Origin: Parvularia atlantis
Taxonomy: Eukaryota
Assembly (NCBI GenBank): GCA_943704415.1
Contig: CALSCO010001090.1
Location: 1-33,408, forward strand
Length of the DNA: 33,408 nt
Direction of reading: 5' to 3'
The position numbers and the translations under genes are program-made. Positions within the stretch are counted from its first letter, which is position 1; each line of letters opens with the position of its first letter. Under the pieces are notes generated by a model, which ran no database searches, was not told the origin of the DNA, and saw only the letters and a list, made by a program, of their open reading frames with translations. Shown here one piece after another: positions 1 to 11,500 of the stretch.

Positions 1-1
1 C

Positions 2-1195
2 ACGGTCGACGGCTTCTTCGACCCGCTGATCGAGCCGCTGCAGCGCAAGCTGGACGAGCTCAAGGGCCGCAAGCACGAGCTCAAGCACGTGTTTGACCGG
101 GCGCTGACGGCCGACATCAAGGCGCTGCTCGAGCAGAAGGACGCGCTCGTGCTGATCGACGACCACCTGGCGCGGGCGCGCGCGGCGGCGGAGGCTGCAC
201 CGGCGGGCGAGACGGCGCAGGCAGCACGCGAGCGCGAGCAGCTCGTGGCGCGCCTGAAGACGCTCGAGGAGCAGCCGATCAACGACGAGCCGCTTGTGGC
301 GCAGACGACGGCGGTGGTGTTTGGACCGCGGCCGACGGTCGAGGCCGTGCTCAAGGCGGACGCGAGCAAGCTGGGTGTGGCCAAGATTGTGCCGCTGCAT
401 GGACCCGCTGGACGCGACTACCGCACGCTCGGCCAGCCCGTGCGCACGATCGGCAACGGCACAAACGACAAAGCGGCTGGACAGTTCAACTACCCGCTGG
501 ACGCTGCCTTCACAGCGCAAGGCCAGCTTGTCGTCGCTGACCAGGGCAACGCGCGCCTGCAGTTCTTCTCGCCCGACGGGACGCATCTGCGCAGCGTGGC
601 GACATCGGGCAACCCTTATGGCGTCGCTGTCACGCGGAATGGCAGCATCTGGGTGGCGCTTAGTGAAAACAACCACCTGGAGCTGATCAACGACGAGACG
701 GGCGCGGTCGAGCGCACGATCAAGTGCGATTGGCCCTGGGGTGTGCATGCGCTGGACGACGGCTCGCTGCTCGTGGGCTGCGGGAACGCCAAGAAGGTCG
801 TGCGCCTCAATGCAGACGGCTCGCAGCGTTGGTCGTCGACGGGCAACGGCTTCGACAACGCTGCGGGCGTGGTGGCCATCCCGGACGCGCAGCTTGTCGT
901 CTGCTGCGATTATGTCAACAAGCGCCTGCAGGTGCTCGCGTTCGAGACGGGCCAGTTTGTGCGCTGCATCGGCCAGGGCCAGCTCAGCAGCCCCCGCGGC
1001 CTCGCCTGGGACCCGGTCGCGCGCGTGCTCGTTGTAGGCGAGCAGGACAAGCTGTCCGCCTGGACGCTCGAGGGCGAGCGCGTGCACGTCTGGGCTCAAG
1101 GCCTGATGAAGTACTGCAATGGCGTCGCCATCTCGCCCGTCAACGGCACACTGGCTGCTGTGAACACCAGCCACCACAAGGTGTACTTGTTTTGA
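2..1195 (+). CDS. Coiled-coil + NHL-repeat (beta-propeller) protein, TRIM-NHL-like; 5'-partial, no intron in the visible part
   Basis: Frame is open from base 2 to TGA at 1193-1195. A helical coiled-coil region (EPLQRKLDELKGRKHELKHVF...) is followed by NHL-type repeats (GQFNYPLDAAF...LVVADQGNARLQFFSPDG; GQGQLSSPRGLAWD). Confidence 0.75.
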   Translation, partial: TVDGFFDPLIEPLQRKLDELKGRKHELKHVFDRALTADIKALLEQKDALVLIDDHLARARAAAEAAPAGETAQAAREREQLVARLKTLEEQPINDEPLVAQTTAVVFGPRPTVEAVLKADASKLGVAKIVPLHGPAGRDYRTLGQPVRTIGNGTNDKAAGQFNYPLDAAFTAQGQLVVADQGNARLQFFSPDGTHLRSVATSGNPYGVAVTRNGSIWVALSENNHLELINDETGAVERTIKCDWPWGVHALDDGSLLVGCGNAKKVVRLNADGSQRWSSTGNGFDNAAGVVAIPDAQLVVCCDYVNKRLQVLAFETGQFVRCIGQGQLSSPRGLAWDPVARVLVVGEQDKLSAWTLEGERVHVWAQGLMKYCNGVAISPVNGTLAAVNTSHHKVYLF

Positions 1196-1388
1196 CCTTG
1201 TGTTTGTGTCATGCCCATAGCGAACACAAAACGGAGGAATCTGCATTGCGCACGTGTGCCACGCGATGCTCCTTTAATCGCGCGCAGCGTCGGCTCGCCT
1301 CCCCGCGCCAACCGTTTGTGCTGGAGTACGACTGGCATGGTCATAAGACAAACAAAGAACGAGCACCATCACGAGCAACAAGAGCGGC

Positions 1389-3040
1389 CTACACGTCCAT
1401 CGGCGGCCAGACCTTGATCTCCTGGAACTTCTTAATGACTTCCACTAGCAGGTCCTTCGTCACCTGTGGCGTGCGTGCGTGAGCCCGACCACTGCCGCGG
1501 GCCGCACGCGCCGAGCGCGCACCTTCGGGTGCTCGTACGTGAAGCCGAGCTTCTCGATCTTGGAGCCGTCGATCGAGAGCGAGTTGTTGTACAGGAGTTC
1601 CTGGTCCAGATACGGCGTGAGGGGCGTGTTGGTGATGCCGGCGGCCTTGCACATCTCGGACCAGGGCTGGAGGTGCTTGTCGTTGATCTCCTCCGTGACC
1701 GCGCCCAGGTTGAGCTGCACGGCAGCGCGTCAGTGGCCGTCGGCGGGCGCAAGGTGGGTGCGGGCGCACCCGGGCAAAGTTTGAGATGATAGTGCCCTGG
1801 TAGCCGGTCTTAATGCCGAAGATCTCGCGCAGGATTGACGCGATCGACTCCTGGTCTGCGTCGCCACCGCGCGTCAGCTCGCCGTGCACTGTGCGCACAG
1901 AGGGCCACCCGTGTCGTTCTTGTCGGCCAGGTTGTACACGTCGCCGGTCTTGCCCTTCTCGGCGAGGAGCACGAGCGCGCGGCAGACGTCCCTGCGCGAG
2001 CGCGTCAGGCACTGCGTCCTGCGTCGCGATGCAGGCGCCGCACCGCACGTGCACCGTGTTGATGCGCAGCTCCTTGGTCCAGAGGAAGTTCATGTCCTCC
2101 TTGAGCTGCTTGTACACGGCGCCGATGATGATGCGCGGCGCTGCGCCCGCGTCAGCGCGCGACGGCACACACGCGCCTGCCCGCCCGCCACGCACTGATG
2201 CCGGCGAGGTCGCTCGGGCCGTACACGATCGCCGGGCGGACGATGATGTAGTTGAGGCTGCGTCGCGTCGCACATCAGCAGGGGCGCGTTGACGCGGCGT
2301 TGACGCGGCGTGCCCGGCGCGCACCCGGCGATCTTCTTGAGCTCCTCCTCGGCCTTGAGCTTGTACTTGGCGACGGTTGTCCAGGGCTTGATCTTGCTGT
2401 CCTCGTCGCTCGCTTTCTGCTCGCGCGGGCGTCGTGCGTGAGCGGCGTTGCCGTGTCGCGTGTTGTGCGCTCAGTGGGCACCTTGCCCTCCTCGTAGATC
2501 TGCGCCGTCGACACCTCGACAAACGCCTTGACCTTCTGCGCCGCGGCCTCCTTGGCGCAGTTGACGCTGAGCGTGAGCACACGCTCGTTGTAGACCTGCG
2601 CGCGTGTGGGTTGAGCGACGCGGGGCACGCCGCGCGGCCCGCACCTCGTCTGTTTGGCTGTACTTGGTCTCGGCCGCGACGTTGAATACCCAGTCGAACG
2701 GGCCCTCGTCGTCCTTGAAGCACGCGGCGATGGACGCTGCGTCACACGAGCGCGCCGCGTCAGGTCCCACGGCCGCGCGAAAACAAACAACGCTCAGACG
2801 AGGGGGAGGGATGTGTGTGGGCGGGATGGCGCGCCACGCACTCGGGTTGACGAGGTTGCCCTGCTTGAACTCGACCTTCTCGAACGCGGCCTTCTGCGCC
2901 GGCAGGAGGTAGGCCGTGGGCGGGAGGACCTTGTCGACGACGCGGATCTTGCTCGCCAGGCCGTTCTCGACCAGGTGCTGCACGAGATTGCGGCCGAGGA
3001 AGCCCACGCCGCCGAGCACGAGCACGCGCGGCTTCGACAT
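1389..3040 (-). CDS. NAD-dependent epimerase/dehydratase (extended SDR family), 9 introns
   Basis: Starts with the Rossmann motif MSKPRVLVLGGVGFLGRNLV. Spliced product contains VFNVAAETKY, FVEVSTAQIY, IVRPAIVYGP, INTVHVRDVCRA and YNLADKNDT. All 9 introns are GT-AG and restore the frame; TAG at 1389. Confidence 0.85.
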
Positions 3041-3169
3041 GGGTCTGGTCGTGGACGGGGCGGGGCGACGAGGGCGACGCGGAGGGCTGCGCGGCGTGCG
3101 GCGCGGCGTGAGGGACAACGAGGGGAGACGCGCGACGAAGGTTCCGGAAGCTTCCAGACGCACACCGGG

Positions 3170-3770
3170 ATGGACAAGCAGCTGGTAGAGCTCGAGCAGC
3201 GGCTGCGGCGCGCGCTCGAGGCGCGTCCGTCGCGCTGGAGGCGTGGGCGCGCGTGCGGCTGACTGGGATGGGGGGCGCGCAGGAGCGCGGGCAGCTGCGC
3301 GCAAAGAGCGAGCGCGCCGACCGCATCCTGCGCAGCCTGCGCGGGCAGATGCAGTTGCGTGGCTGTCTGTGCGCGCCCCGTCTGTGTGTGCCTCGCTGAA
3401 AGCGCACGCGCATCGCCCGCCCGCCCGCATCGCATCGCATCGCATCGTGCGCCAGGACGATGCTGGACCGCGCGGTCGAGCTGTCGGCGCACACGCTCGA
3501 GCCGCTCAGGTGCGCGATCGCGCGGCGCCGCCCGGCGCTTGCCCTGCTAATCCGCGCGCCCGCATCGCAGCTCGGACGACGAGTACGCCGGGCCGCACGC
3601 AGCGTCTGCGGGCAGGGGGCGAGCCGGTGCGCGCGGCGCCGCACGTTGTCTGCATCGCCCGCCCGCCATCCTCACGCTTCCCTCCAGGCGACGCGGCATC
3701 GGGCGCCGTCCACGCAGCGGCGGGCGCGGCCGGGCCAGACGCGAAGCGCAAGCGCAAGCGCGTCGGCTGA
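3170..3770 (+). CDS. Small (104 aa) coiled-coil nuclear protein, INO80E/TFPT-like N-terminal coiled coil; 4 introns
   Basis: Exons 3170-3220, 3283-3353, 3456-3509, 3571-3626 and 3688-3770 splice to MDKQLVELEQRLRRALEERGQLRAKSERADRILRSLRGQMQTMLDRAVEL...SSDDEY...AKRKRKRVG. Intron 1 is GC-AG; basic NLS-like C-terminus. Confidence 0.6.
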
Positions 3771-3792
3771 GTGGGGGCGAATGGGAGCCGGC

Positions 3793-3904
<112 letters not shown>

Positions 3905-4043
3905 ATCGGGGCCAAGTTTGCGGCCGGATCGGACATGGTGCGCGCCGCGTCACGCCTGCCGCACCGGCCGCCGCCGACGCGCACGCGCCGCCCCGCGCAC
4001 CACGCGCGCCACACAGGCACAGAGCAAGGCAGACGAGACGCCC

Positions 4044-5536
4044 ATGGTGCTGCTGAACGACGGCGACGACGAGGGCGACCTGGCCGCCTACATGGACCCG
4101 TCGCCGCCGCGCGAGCGCTGGTTCCGGCCGCACCGGCTGGCGCTGTTCGCCATCTCGGCCGTGATGTTTGCGGTGCTGGTGGGCCTGTCGATCGCGGGCG
4201 ACATCCTCCACCGGCAGCGCACGCGCGTCACGCGCCAGATCAACGCTGTGTTCGAGCCGGCCTGGGCCAGCGGCAACGGCACGGTCCAGGCCCTCATGGT
4301 CGTCGAGCACTCGTACACGACGCTCAACGCGCTCAACCCGTTCTACCACGACCCGCAGTCGTCGGACCACGTGCGCTGCCGAAGGCGGGGCCGTGGTGCG
4401 CCGCGCTCACACGTCACGCGCGCGGCAGACGACGGCGCTCTGGCGCTACGAGGACCCGTTCACGCTCAAGTCGCACCGCGTGCTCGTCATGCGCTTCAAC
4501 GAGGAGTCGGACAACGCCGGGAGCATGCAGTACTCGCACATGTGCGCGGCCTGGGCTGCGCGCGCCTGCGCGCGCGCGCGCGCGCTACTCACACGGACGT
4601 TCGCGCCTTTGCGTAGCTACTACCTGCCGTTCCAGGGGCGCATCGTGTGCTCGTACCGCGGCGTGCCCTCGGTCATGAAGTTCAAGACCGAGCCCGAAGA
4701 GACCGAGCGCGACGCGCTGGGCATCAACCGCAACTGGAAGAACGTGTTCAAGACGCTCGAGATGACCTCGGGCGGTGCGGCCCAACTCCTCGCACGGCCT
4801 GCTCTGTCTCACGCCCACGCACAAACCGCAGAGCTGCTCAACATCTTCGGGCCGGTACCGCAGAGCGTCTTGCGCACGTACGCGCGTCACAACCCCGTGC
4901 CCTCGCCCAACGGGCACCTCGTCGCGGTCGTCATCACCGCGACCGAGACCGAGGACGGCGTGTCGTTCCACTATTACACTGCCGTCACATTCTACGACCT
5001 GCGCAACTTGCTCTACATCGGCGGGCGCAAGCTCGACCTGCTCAACGACCAGCTCGACCTCAAGCTCATCCCCGCGGCCAACAACAGCGTGCAGCTCTTG
5101 CCGTACTACTGCCTGTGGAGCCAGGACTCGACCGGCGTGTACGTGCTCGACCGCAGCGACGCCTGGTACATCCGCGCCGTCATCCCGTACAACTTTGAGA
5201 AGGTGGCCAACGTGCCCAAGTTTGCCTTGTCGACGCTGTCGGGTGCGTTGTGTGCCCTCGCGTGCGCGCGCGTGCCGTGCTGACAACGGCGCGCGCAAGG
5301 CATCGTGCGCGACGACGGCATGCTCGCGCGCATTATCCTCTCGGGCAACAACGGCACGGTCGAGCTCGTGCGCGTGCCCAACTGGGTGCCGTTCCGCGAG
5401 GTGCCGCTCATCCCGCACGGTGCGCCGCCTGGCACGACGCGGCCGACCCCGTGCTCACGCGCCGCCGCGGCCGCCAGGGACCGAGCAGTACTCGGAGCTT
5501 GTGCCCGGCGTCAACTACACGATCATCAAGGGGTGA
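4044..5536 (+). CDS. Uncharacterised single-pass (type II) membrane glycoprotein, possible beta-propeller ectodomain; 5 introns
   Basis: Short acidic N-terminus, hydrophobic segment LALFAISAVMFAVLVGLSIAG, N-glycosylation sequons (NGT, NNS, NGT, NYT) and propeller-like strands (SPNGHLVAVVI, WSQDSTGVYVL). Five GT-AG introns join to TGA at 5534-5536. Confidence 0.65.
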
Positions 5537-5634
5537 CGCGCGCCGCCGGTTCGCTGTGTACGACAGAAGGTAGCCATGGCAGGAACAGCCGCCAAACTGC
5601 ACAGCCGCCCAGTCGTGCAGGCGCACAGCCGCAC

Positions 5635-7380
5635 TCAGGCGTCCTTGAGCACCTCGCGCGCGACGATCATGCGCATGATCTCGTTCGTGCCTGTGCAGCA
5701 AAGCGGCGTAAGCGCATGTAGCCAGCCGCGCGCGCACGCGACGCACCCTCGAGGATCTGGTGCACGCGCGCGTCGCGCATGAGCTGCTGCACGGGGTAGT
5801 CCTTCAGGTAGCCGTAGCCGCCGTGCATCTGCAGCGACTGGTTGCAGATCTGCAGCGCCGAGTGCTCAGCACGACAGCAGCACGCTCGCGCGCGCGAGCG
5901 CCCGCACGCACTTCAAAGCACCGGTCCGTCGCAAACAGCTTGGCCATCGCGCAGTACGCCGGCGCCTGGGGCGAACGCGCGTCAAGCATCGCCGCGCCCT
6001 GGCGGACCATGAGGCGCGACGCGATCAGGTCGGTGGCCATCTCGGCCAGCTTAAACTGCGTGTTCTGCAGCCAACGTCGCGAGCGTCAGGGGCGCGGACT
6101 GACCGCCTGTGCGTGAGCGAGAGAGAGCGTGTACCTGGAACGCCGCGAGCGGCTGGCCAAACTGCTTGCGGACCTTCGAGTGCCCGACGGCGGCCTCGAT
6201 CGCCTTTTGCGCCGCGCCGAGGCTGCACGAGGCTGCGGACGTATCAGGCAGGCGGCACACACGCACACACGCGTGAAGGGCACTCGGCACCGATGTTGAC
6301 GCGCCCGCCGTCAAGACCCTTCATCGCGATTGCAAAGCCTTGGCCCTCGGTGCCGACCAGGTTCTCGACCGGCACGCGACAGTCGTCAAACAGGACCATG
6401 CGCGTCGGCTGGCTGTTCCACCCGACCTTCTTCTCCTTCTTGCCGAAGCTCAGCCCAGGCGTGCCCTTCTCAACCAGGATGCACGAGATGCCCTTGGGGC
6501 CTTTGGTCGGGTCAACGCATGCGCTCGTGGTCTGCCGCGCGCTTGCGCACCGGGGCCGCCCGTGCGGCACATGACCAGGTACACGTCGCTGTACCCGCCG
6601 CCCGAGATGAACGCCTGCCGCGCGTTCCCGTTCGTATCAGCGCCGCCCGCAGCACGACGCGCACCTTGGAGCCGTTGAGGACGTAGTGCGCGCCGTCCTT
6701 GCGTGCGGTCGTGATGAGCGACGCCGCGTCGCTGCCGCTGCCGGGCTCGGTGAGGCAGTACGAGCCAAACTTCTGCAGCGGCGCGTCAGTGCGATGCGCG
6801 GCGCCGATCGGCATGTGCGCGCGCCTCCATCGTCGCGAGGGCCGGCACAAACTTGGCTGCCAGCGCGGGCGCCGCAAACTCGTCGAGCATCCACGCGCAC
6901 ATGCTGCGGGTGCGTCCGTCAGCATCGCGCCGTGCACGAGCAACGATGCGCGCACTTGTGGATGCTCAGGTACGCCGTCGTGCTCACGCAGCCCGTCGAC
7001 AGCGCCTCGAAGATGACCGACGCGTCGACGCGGCTCAGGCCCGACCCGCCGTGGCGCTCGCGCGCGTAGATGGCGCCGAAGCCGAGCTGCGCCAGCGCCC
7101 GCAGCGCCCCCGCCGGCATCTCCTCGGCCTCGTCCCACTGCGCCATGTGTGGCGCCAGCTCGCGGTCGGCAAAGTCGCGCGCCGTGCGCTGGATCGTCGC
7201 CTGCTCCTCGCTCAGACCCTCGGCCGCTGCCGGCGCGCGCGTGAGCTGTGAGGCGCACGGGGCGGAGGGGCAAGGCGCGTGGCACGGCGCACCGTTGGGC
7301 AGCGTGCCGAGGCAGCGTCGCGCGACAAGCGACGTCAGCGAGGGCCGCGTGGCCGCCGCCGCCGTCACGCGTGAGAGCAT
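5635..7380 (-). CDS. ACAD8: Mitochondrial isobutyryl-CoA dehydrogenase (acyl-CoA dehydrogenase family); 9 introns
   Basis: Arg/Ala/Ser-rich presequence; [108 protein letters not shown]. One intron (6773-6824) is GC-AG. Confidence 0.9.
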
Positions 7381-7452
7381 GACCACTGTGCTGCAAACTG
7401 AGTGGCGTCTGTCTCTGTCTCTCCTCTGGGCATCACACACAGCACGCGGGGC

Positions 7453-8473
7453 TCAGAAGATGCGCACGGGCTTGCCCATCGTGCTCTTGATGAACAGCGA
7501 CCGCACGTTCTGCCAGTTCTTCTTGAGCAGCGAGACGAGGAAGTTGACGGCCATCATGATGTTGGTCGCGAGCTCGGGCTCGGTCATCTCGACGTGGCCC
7601 ACGGCGACACCCATGCACAGCACCTGCGCGCACGCGCCAGCCAGCGCGTCAGCCGTGGCCGCATCGCAAAACGCGCGCGTGTTGCCTTCTTCAGCTGGAA
7701 CTTGATCGTCGACCGCACCTCGTCGGCCTTGCCCAGCAGCGACTCGTTGTGCGTGACCAGGGTCGGGAACTTGCCGGCCTTGTTGAGGCCTGGGCCGAGC
7801 AGACGCGGGATCTGCTTGATGAGCGCCTCGGACGACAGGAAGGCATCGTACTTCTTGGCTGCAGGCGCACGCACGAGCACGCGAGCACGAGCGCACGCAC
7901 GTCAGGCACATGCCCGGCCACAGCGCGTGTCGCACGCACCGAAGTTCTTGATGATCTTCTTGTTCTTGTTCCACTTCTTCATGTCGTCGACCGTCACGCA
8001 GTCCAGCCCGGCCTCCTTGGCCTGGTCGGCGTGCAGCGCGTCACCGAGCACGCAGACCTTCATCTTCGGCCGGGGGACCTTCGGCAGCCTGGCAGCCACA
8101 CGCGCGCGCACGCGCCCGTAAGCGACGCGCCGTCCGTGCAACGCGTGTGGCGCGACGCGTACTTGATCGTGCCGCTGAAGCGCTTGTCCTTGGCCGGGTC
8201 GTAGTTCTTGAGGCCAATCTGCAGCTCGACCGTCTCCGTGAACCCGCGCTTCTTCTCCTGCGCGCCGACCACGACCTTGTGGACCGACTGGTTGAGGGTG
8301 TCGCGCGAAATTTTGCTGGCGCAACCGCGCGGCGAGATATCAATCGACGCGTCGGCGCCGCACATCGCCTCGCGCGCCATCCGGCGCCATCCAACCCGTC
8401 CATCCGTCCATCCGGCCAGCGTGTGCGCTCGCGCACGCCCCGCACCCCCCGCCCGAGGGCCTACGTGCCTCAT
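7453..8473 (-). CDS. RPL10A: 60S ribosomal protein L10a (uL1); 4 introns
   Basis: MSKISRDTL...[33 protein letters not shown]...[31 protein letters not shown]...[18 protein letters not shown]...[26 protein letters not shown]. Introns 8316-8468 and 7624-7685 are GC-AG. Confidence 0.97.
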
Positions 8474-8520
8474 GGCTGCGGTCCAGTCGGCGGCTCGCGG
8501 CAGGGGTTCCTCGACTTTCG

Positions 8521-8557
8521 AAAAGAGACAGCCGCTGGTGTACACATAATAGTATAT
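8521..8557 (-). promoter_or_regulatory. Putative RPL10A core promoter: TCT/5'TOP-like pyrimidine initiator with an AT-rich TATA-like element about 30 bp upstream
   Basis: Minus strand reads ATATACTATTAT...GTCTCTTTTCG, ending about 48 nt before the ATG. Polypyrimidine initiators are typical of ribosomal protein genes. Confidence 0.4.
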
Positions 8558-8572
8558 GATCGATAACCGCGC

Positions 8573-11500
8573 TCATACGAAGACCGGCGAAGAGCTCTCG
8601 TGCGGGCTCTTGTCCGACAGGCGCGACGGCTGCGGTGCTGTGTCAGCGTGCCGATCGGCGTCTGCCGCACGCGCGCACCGGCCGGTACAGCTTGGACTTG
8701 ACGAAGCGCGGGAACGAGTCGGTCGCCATCAGCTGCAGAATGTCCTTCCTGCGTATGCGCGCACGAACGCTCAGCAGGGCGACGCCCGGCGGCGGCGGCG
8801 AGCGCGGCCCACGCACTGCGTCACGTCAAACATGTCGCGCGAGATGTCACCGCTCTCGAGGCGCGTGATCAGCGACTCCTTCAGCTGGTGCTTGATGTTG
8901 ATCTCCTGGTCGCCCCCGTGCCGAATGAACAGGCTGATGATCAGCGCGGCCGCCTGCCACCGCCGATGTGAGCGAGCGCCGCGCACGCCACCGGGCCGCG
9001 CGCACCGACTGGCGGTCGGCGTCGTCGATCTCGCGGAAGCGCTCCACGGCGAGCCAGAACTCGATGTTCTCCTGGCTGTACTCGCTGCAAGCGCGTGCGG
9101 GCCGTCAGCCGACGACGCCCTGGCGCGCACCCGCCCGCACACCCGCGCAGGAACGCAGTGAACAGCTCGAGCGCCTCCGGGTCCTGCAGCATGTCCTCCA
9201 GCCGCTCGTCCGGCTTGGTTTGCCCCGCGGCAGCGGGCAGCGATCGCGGCGTCACCGTGAGCTGCTGCGGCAGCTTGTCCTGCCGAGGGTCGCATCAGAC
9301 CCGCGTTGCGGGCACGCGCACACACGTGCACCGGCTTCTCGTTGTCGAAGCTCGACACGGCACGTAGCTTGCCGCGCCGCACCGTGAGCGGGTTGAGCGA
9401 CATGCGCCGCGACGAGTTGTTGGCCGACACGGCTGGCGCAGATGCGCCCCGCACGTGCGCCGTCATCCGCTCGCGCGGCTCGGGCAGCATCGTCGTCAGC
9501 TGCAGGCTCGTCTTAAGCTGGCTCAGGAACGGCTTGAACAGCTCGGGCTTCGTGCCCTGGAACATGCGCGCGACGTCGCTCAGCCACAGCACAACAAAGT
9601 TGTCCAGGCCGTTCAAGAACGTGTCTGCGTCCACGGCCTCAGTCAGCGCGCCGACCGGCGAACAGGCGGTCGCACACCGGTCGACGAGTCGAGGATGGCC
9701 AGGTGCGTCAGCGGCACCAGCGCCTCGAACCGGTAGTACGCCTCGCTGACCTTGTCCTTGTCCTTGTCCTTGTCCTTGTCGCGCGAGGTCTGCGACAGCG
9801 CAAACAGCTCCACAAACAGGCCGCGTCGGCGGTCGATCTGCACGTTCGCGTCAGCCGTGCCGCCACCTCCCGGCGCGCACGCGGGGCCGCACCTTGCTTG
9901 CGACGAGCACGCTGTCGTTGAACAGGACAAGTCGCATGACCTGGCGGATCTTGTTGGTGTCGATGTTGAGCTCGATCACGTCGACCTCGTCCACGAAGAA
10001 GCGGTCGCCCGAGATGAGCGTAATCTGCACGCACGCCGGTCAGCGACGGCCAATGACGCACAGGCGCGGCAGCACGCACGGGGCAGCCCACGATCCGCTG
10101 CTGCACGCCAAACATCGCCTTGATGTTCGCCTCCTTGATTTGCAGCGACTGCAGCGCGCGCTCGGCCGCGGTCACGCCCTCGAGCGAGCGCAGCGTGTCG
10201 ACAAAGTCCGGGTGCCAGATCGGCGTGAACGACTCGAGCTCTGTGCGGGCGTGCCCGTGAGCGCGTGTCGGCTGCGGTGTGCTTGTTGTTGTCGCACCGC
10301 GCAGCAGGTCCTTGTAGCGCGGCAGGCGCGACATCGGCAGCTTAAGGATCTCGCTCACCGAGTGTACGCGCACGCGCGGGTCGTCGTAGAACGCCTGCAG
10401 CAGGCACGGCGTCAACGGCGGCGGCGCAACAAGCAGCGTTGTGGCAGCGCAACCTCCATCAGCTCCACCATGCGCGGCGACATTTTGAGGTGCTGGTTGA
10501 GCAGGTCGCGCGCCTGCATAAAGTTGTTGGCAAAGACCTCAAACGGCTGGATCTGCTCGAGCTGCACCAGGCGTCTCAGCACTCGCGCGCGCGCGCAGGC
10601 CTGGCCATGGCGCACCAGGCGCAGGAACGTAAGCCCTAGGCACGACTCCTCAGTCCACGACGCGGCGATGGGCCGCAGCATGCCGAGGAACTTCGTCTGT
10701 ACCTGGGACACGTCCGGCGCGGGCGTCAGCGCGCGTTGCGCCGCCACGGGCACGCCGCAGACCTGAAGCACGTCGTCCCAGGGCGTGAACACGTGCGAGA
10801 CGTCGTCAACCGACATGATCGGCGAGCTCGACCGCGCCGCCAGCTGCAGAGGCTCAACAATCAGCTGCGCGTGCACGAAGCGCGTGAGCGGCGGGCGGTC
10901 GAAGCGCGCGCATCGCGGCCCACCTGCTGCACGAGCACGAGCTGCTGGATGTGGATCTCCTCGGTGCGGATGATCTCCTCGACGATGAAGCGTCGCTTGC
11001 GCGACTGCCGCTGCTTCTCGCGCCCGTTTGGTAGCAAGTCCAGGTCCATCTTGGCCGCTGTGGCGATGTCCTGCGCATCGGGTGCGGCCTGCATGTCGGA
11101 GAAGGACGTGCTCGAGGTCAACGAGGGCGAAACCGCTGCTTGCCCCAGTCAGCAGCACGCAGCGTGCGCCAAGACGCCACACGCACTCGACGGCAACGCC
11201 GCCGAGACACTCTGCTGCAGGCGGCCCACGCGAGCCTCGTTCTGCAAGCCCATGATGCGCGTCAGCCTTTCGTGCAAAAGGAGGTGACCTGCGCAACAGA
11301 CCGCCGGGTCGTCCACGATGACAGCGCTCAGGCTCGGCTGCAGCGGCGGGATGCGCGGCTTGCCGGTCTTCTTGCCCGTCACCTTGCTGCCAAAGTTGTC
11401 GAGGTAGCGCGACAGCCGCGACCGCGACTGCGCCCACCTGTCAGGCGCGTGTGCCAGCGGTCACACATACGAGGCCGCACCTTGCCGCCGCTCGCAGTCG

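Noticed and set aside
8316..8468. Intronic snoRNA in the long RPL10A intron
   Set aside because: No convincing C/D (RTGATGA...CTGA) or H/ACA arrangement found.
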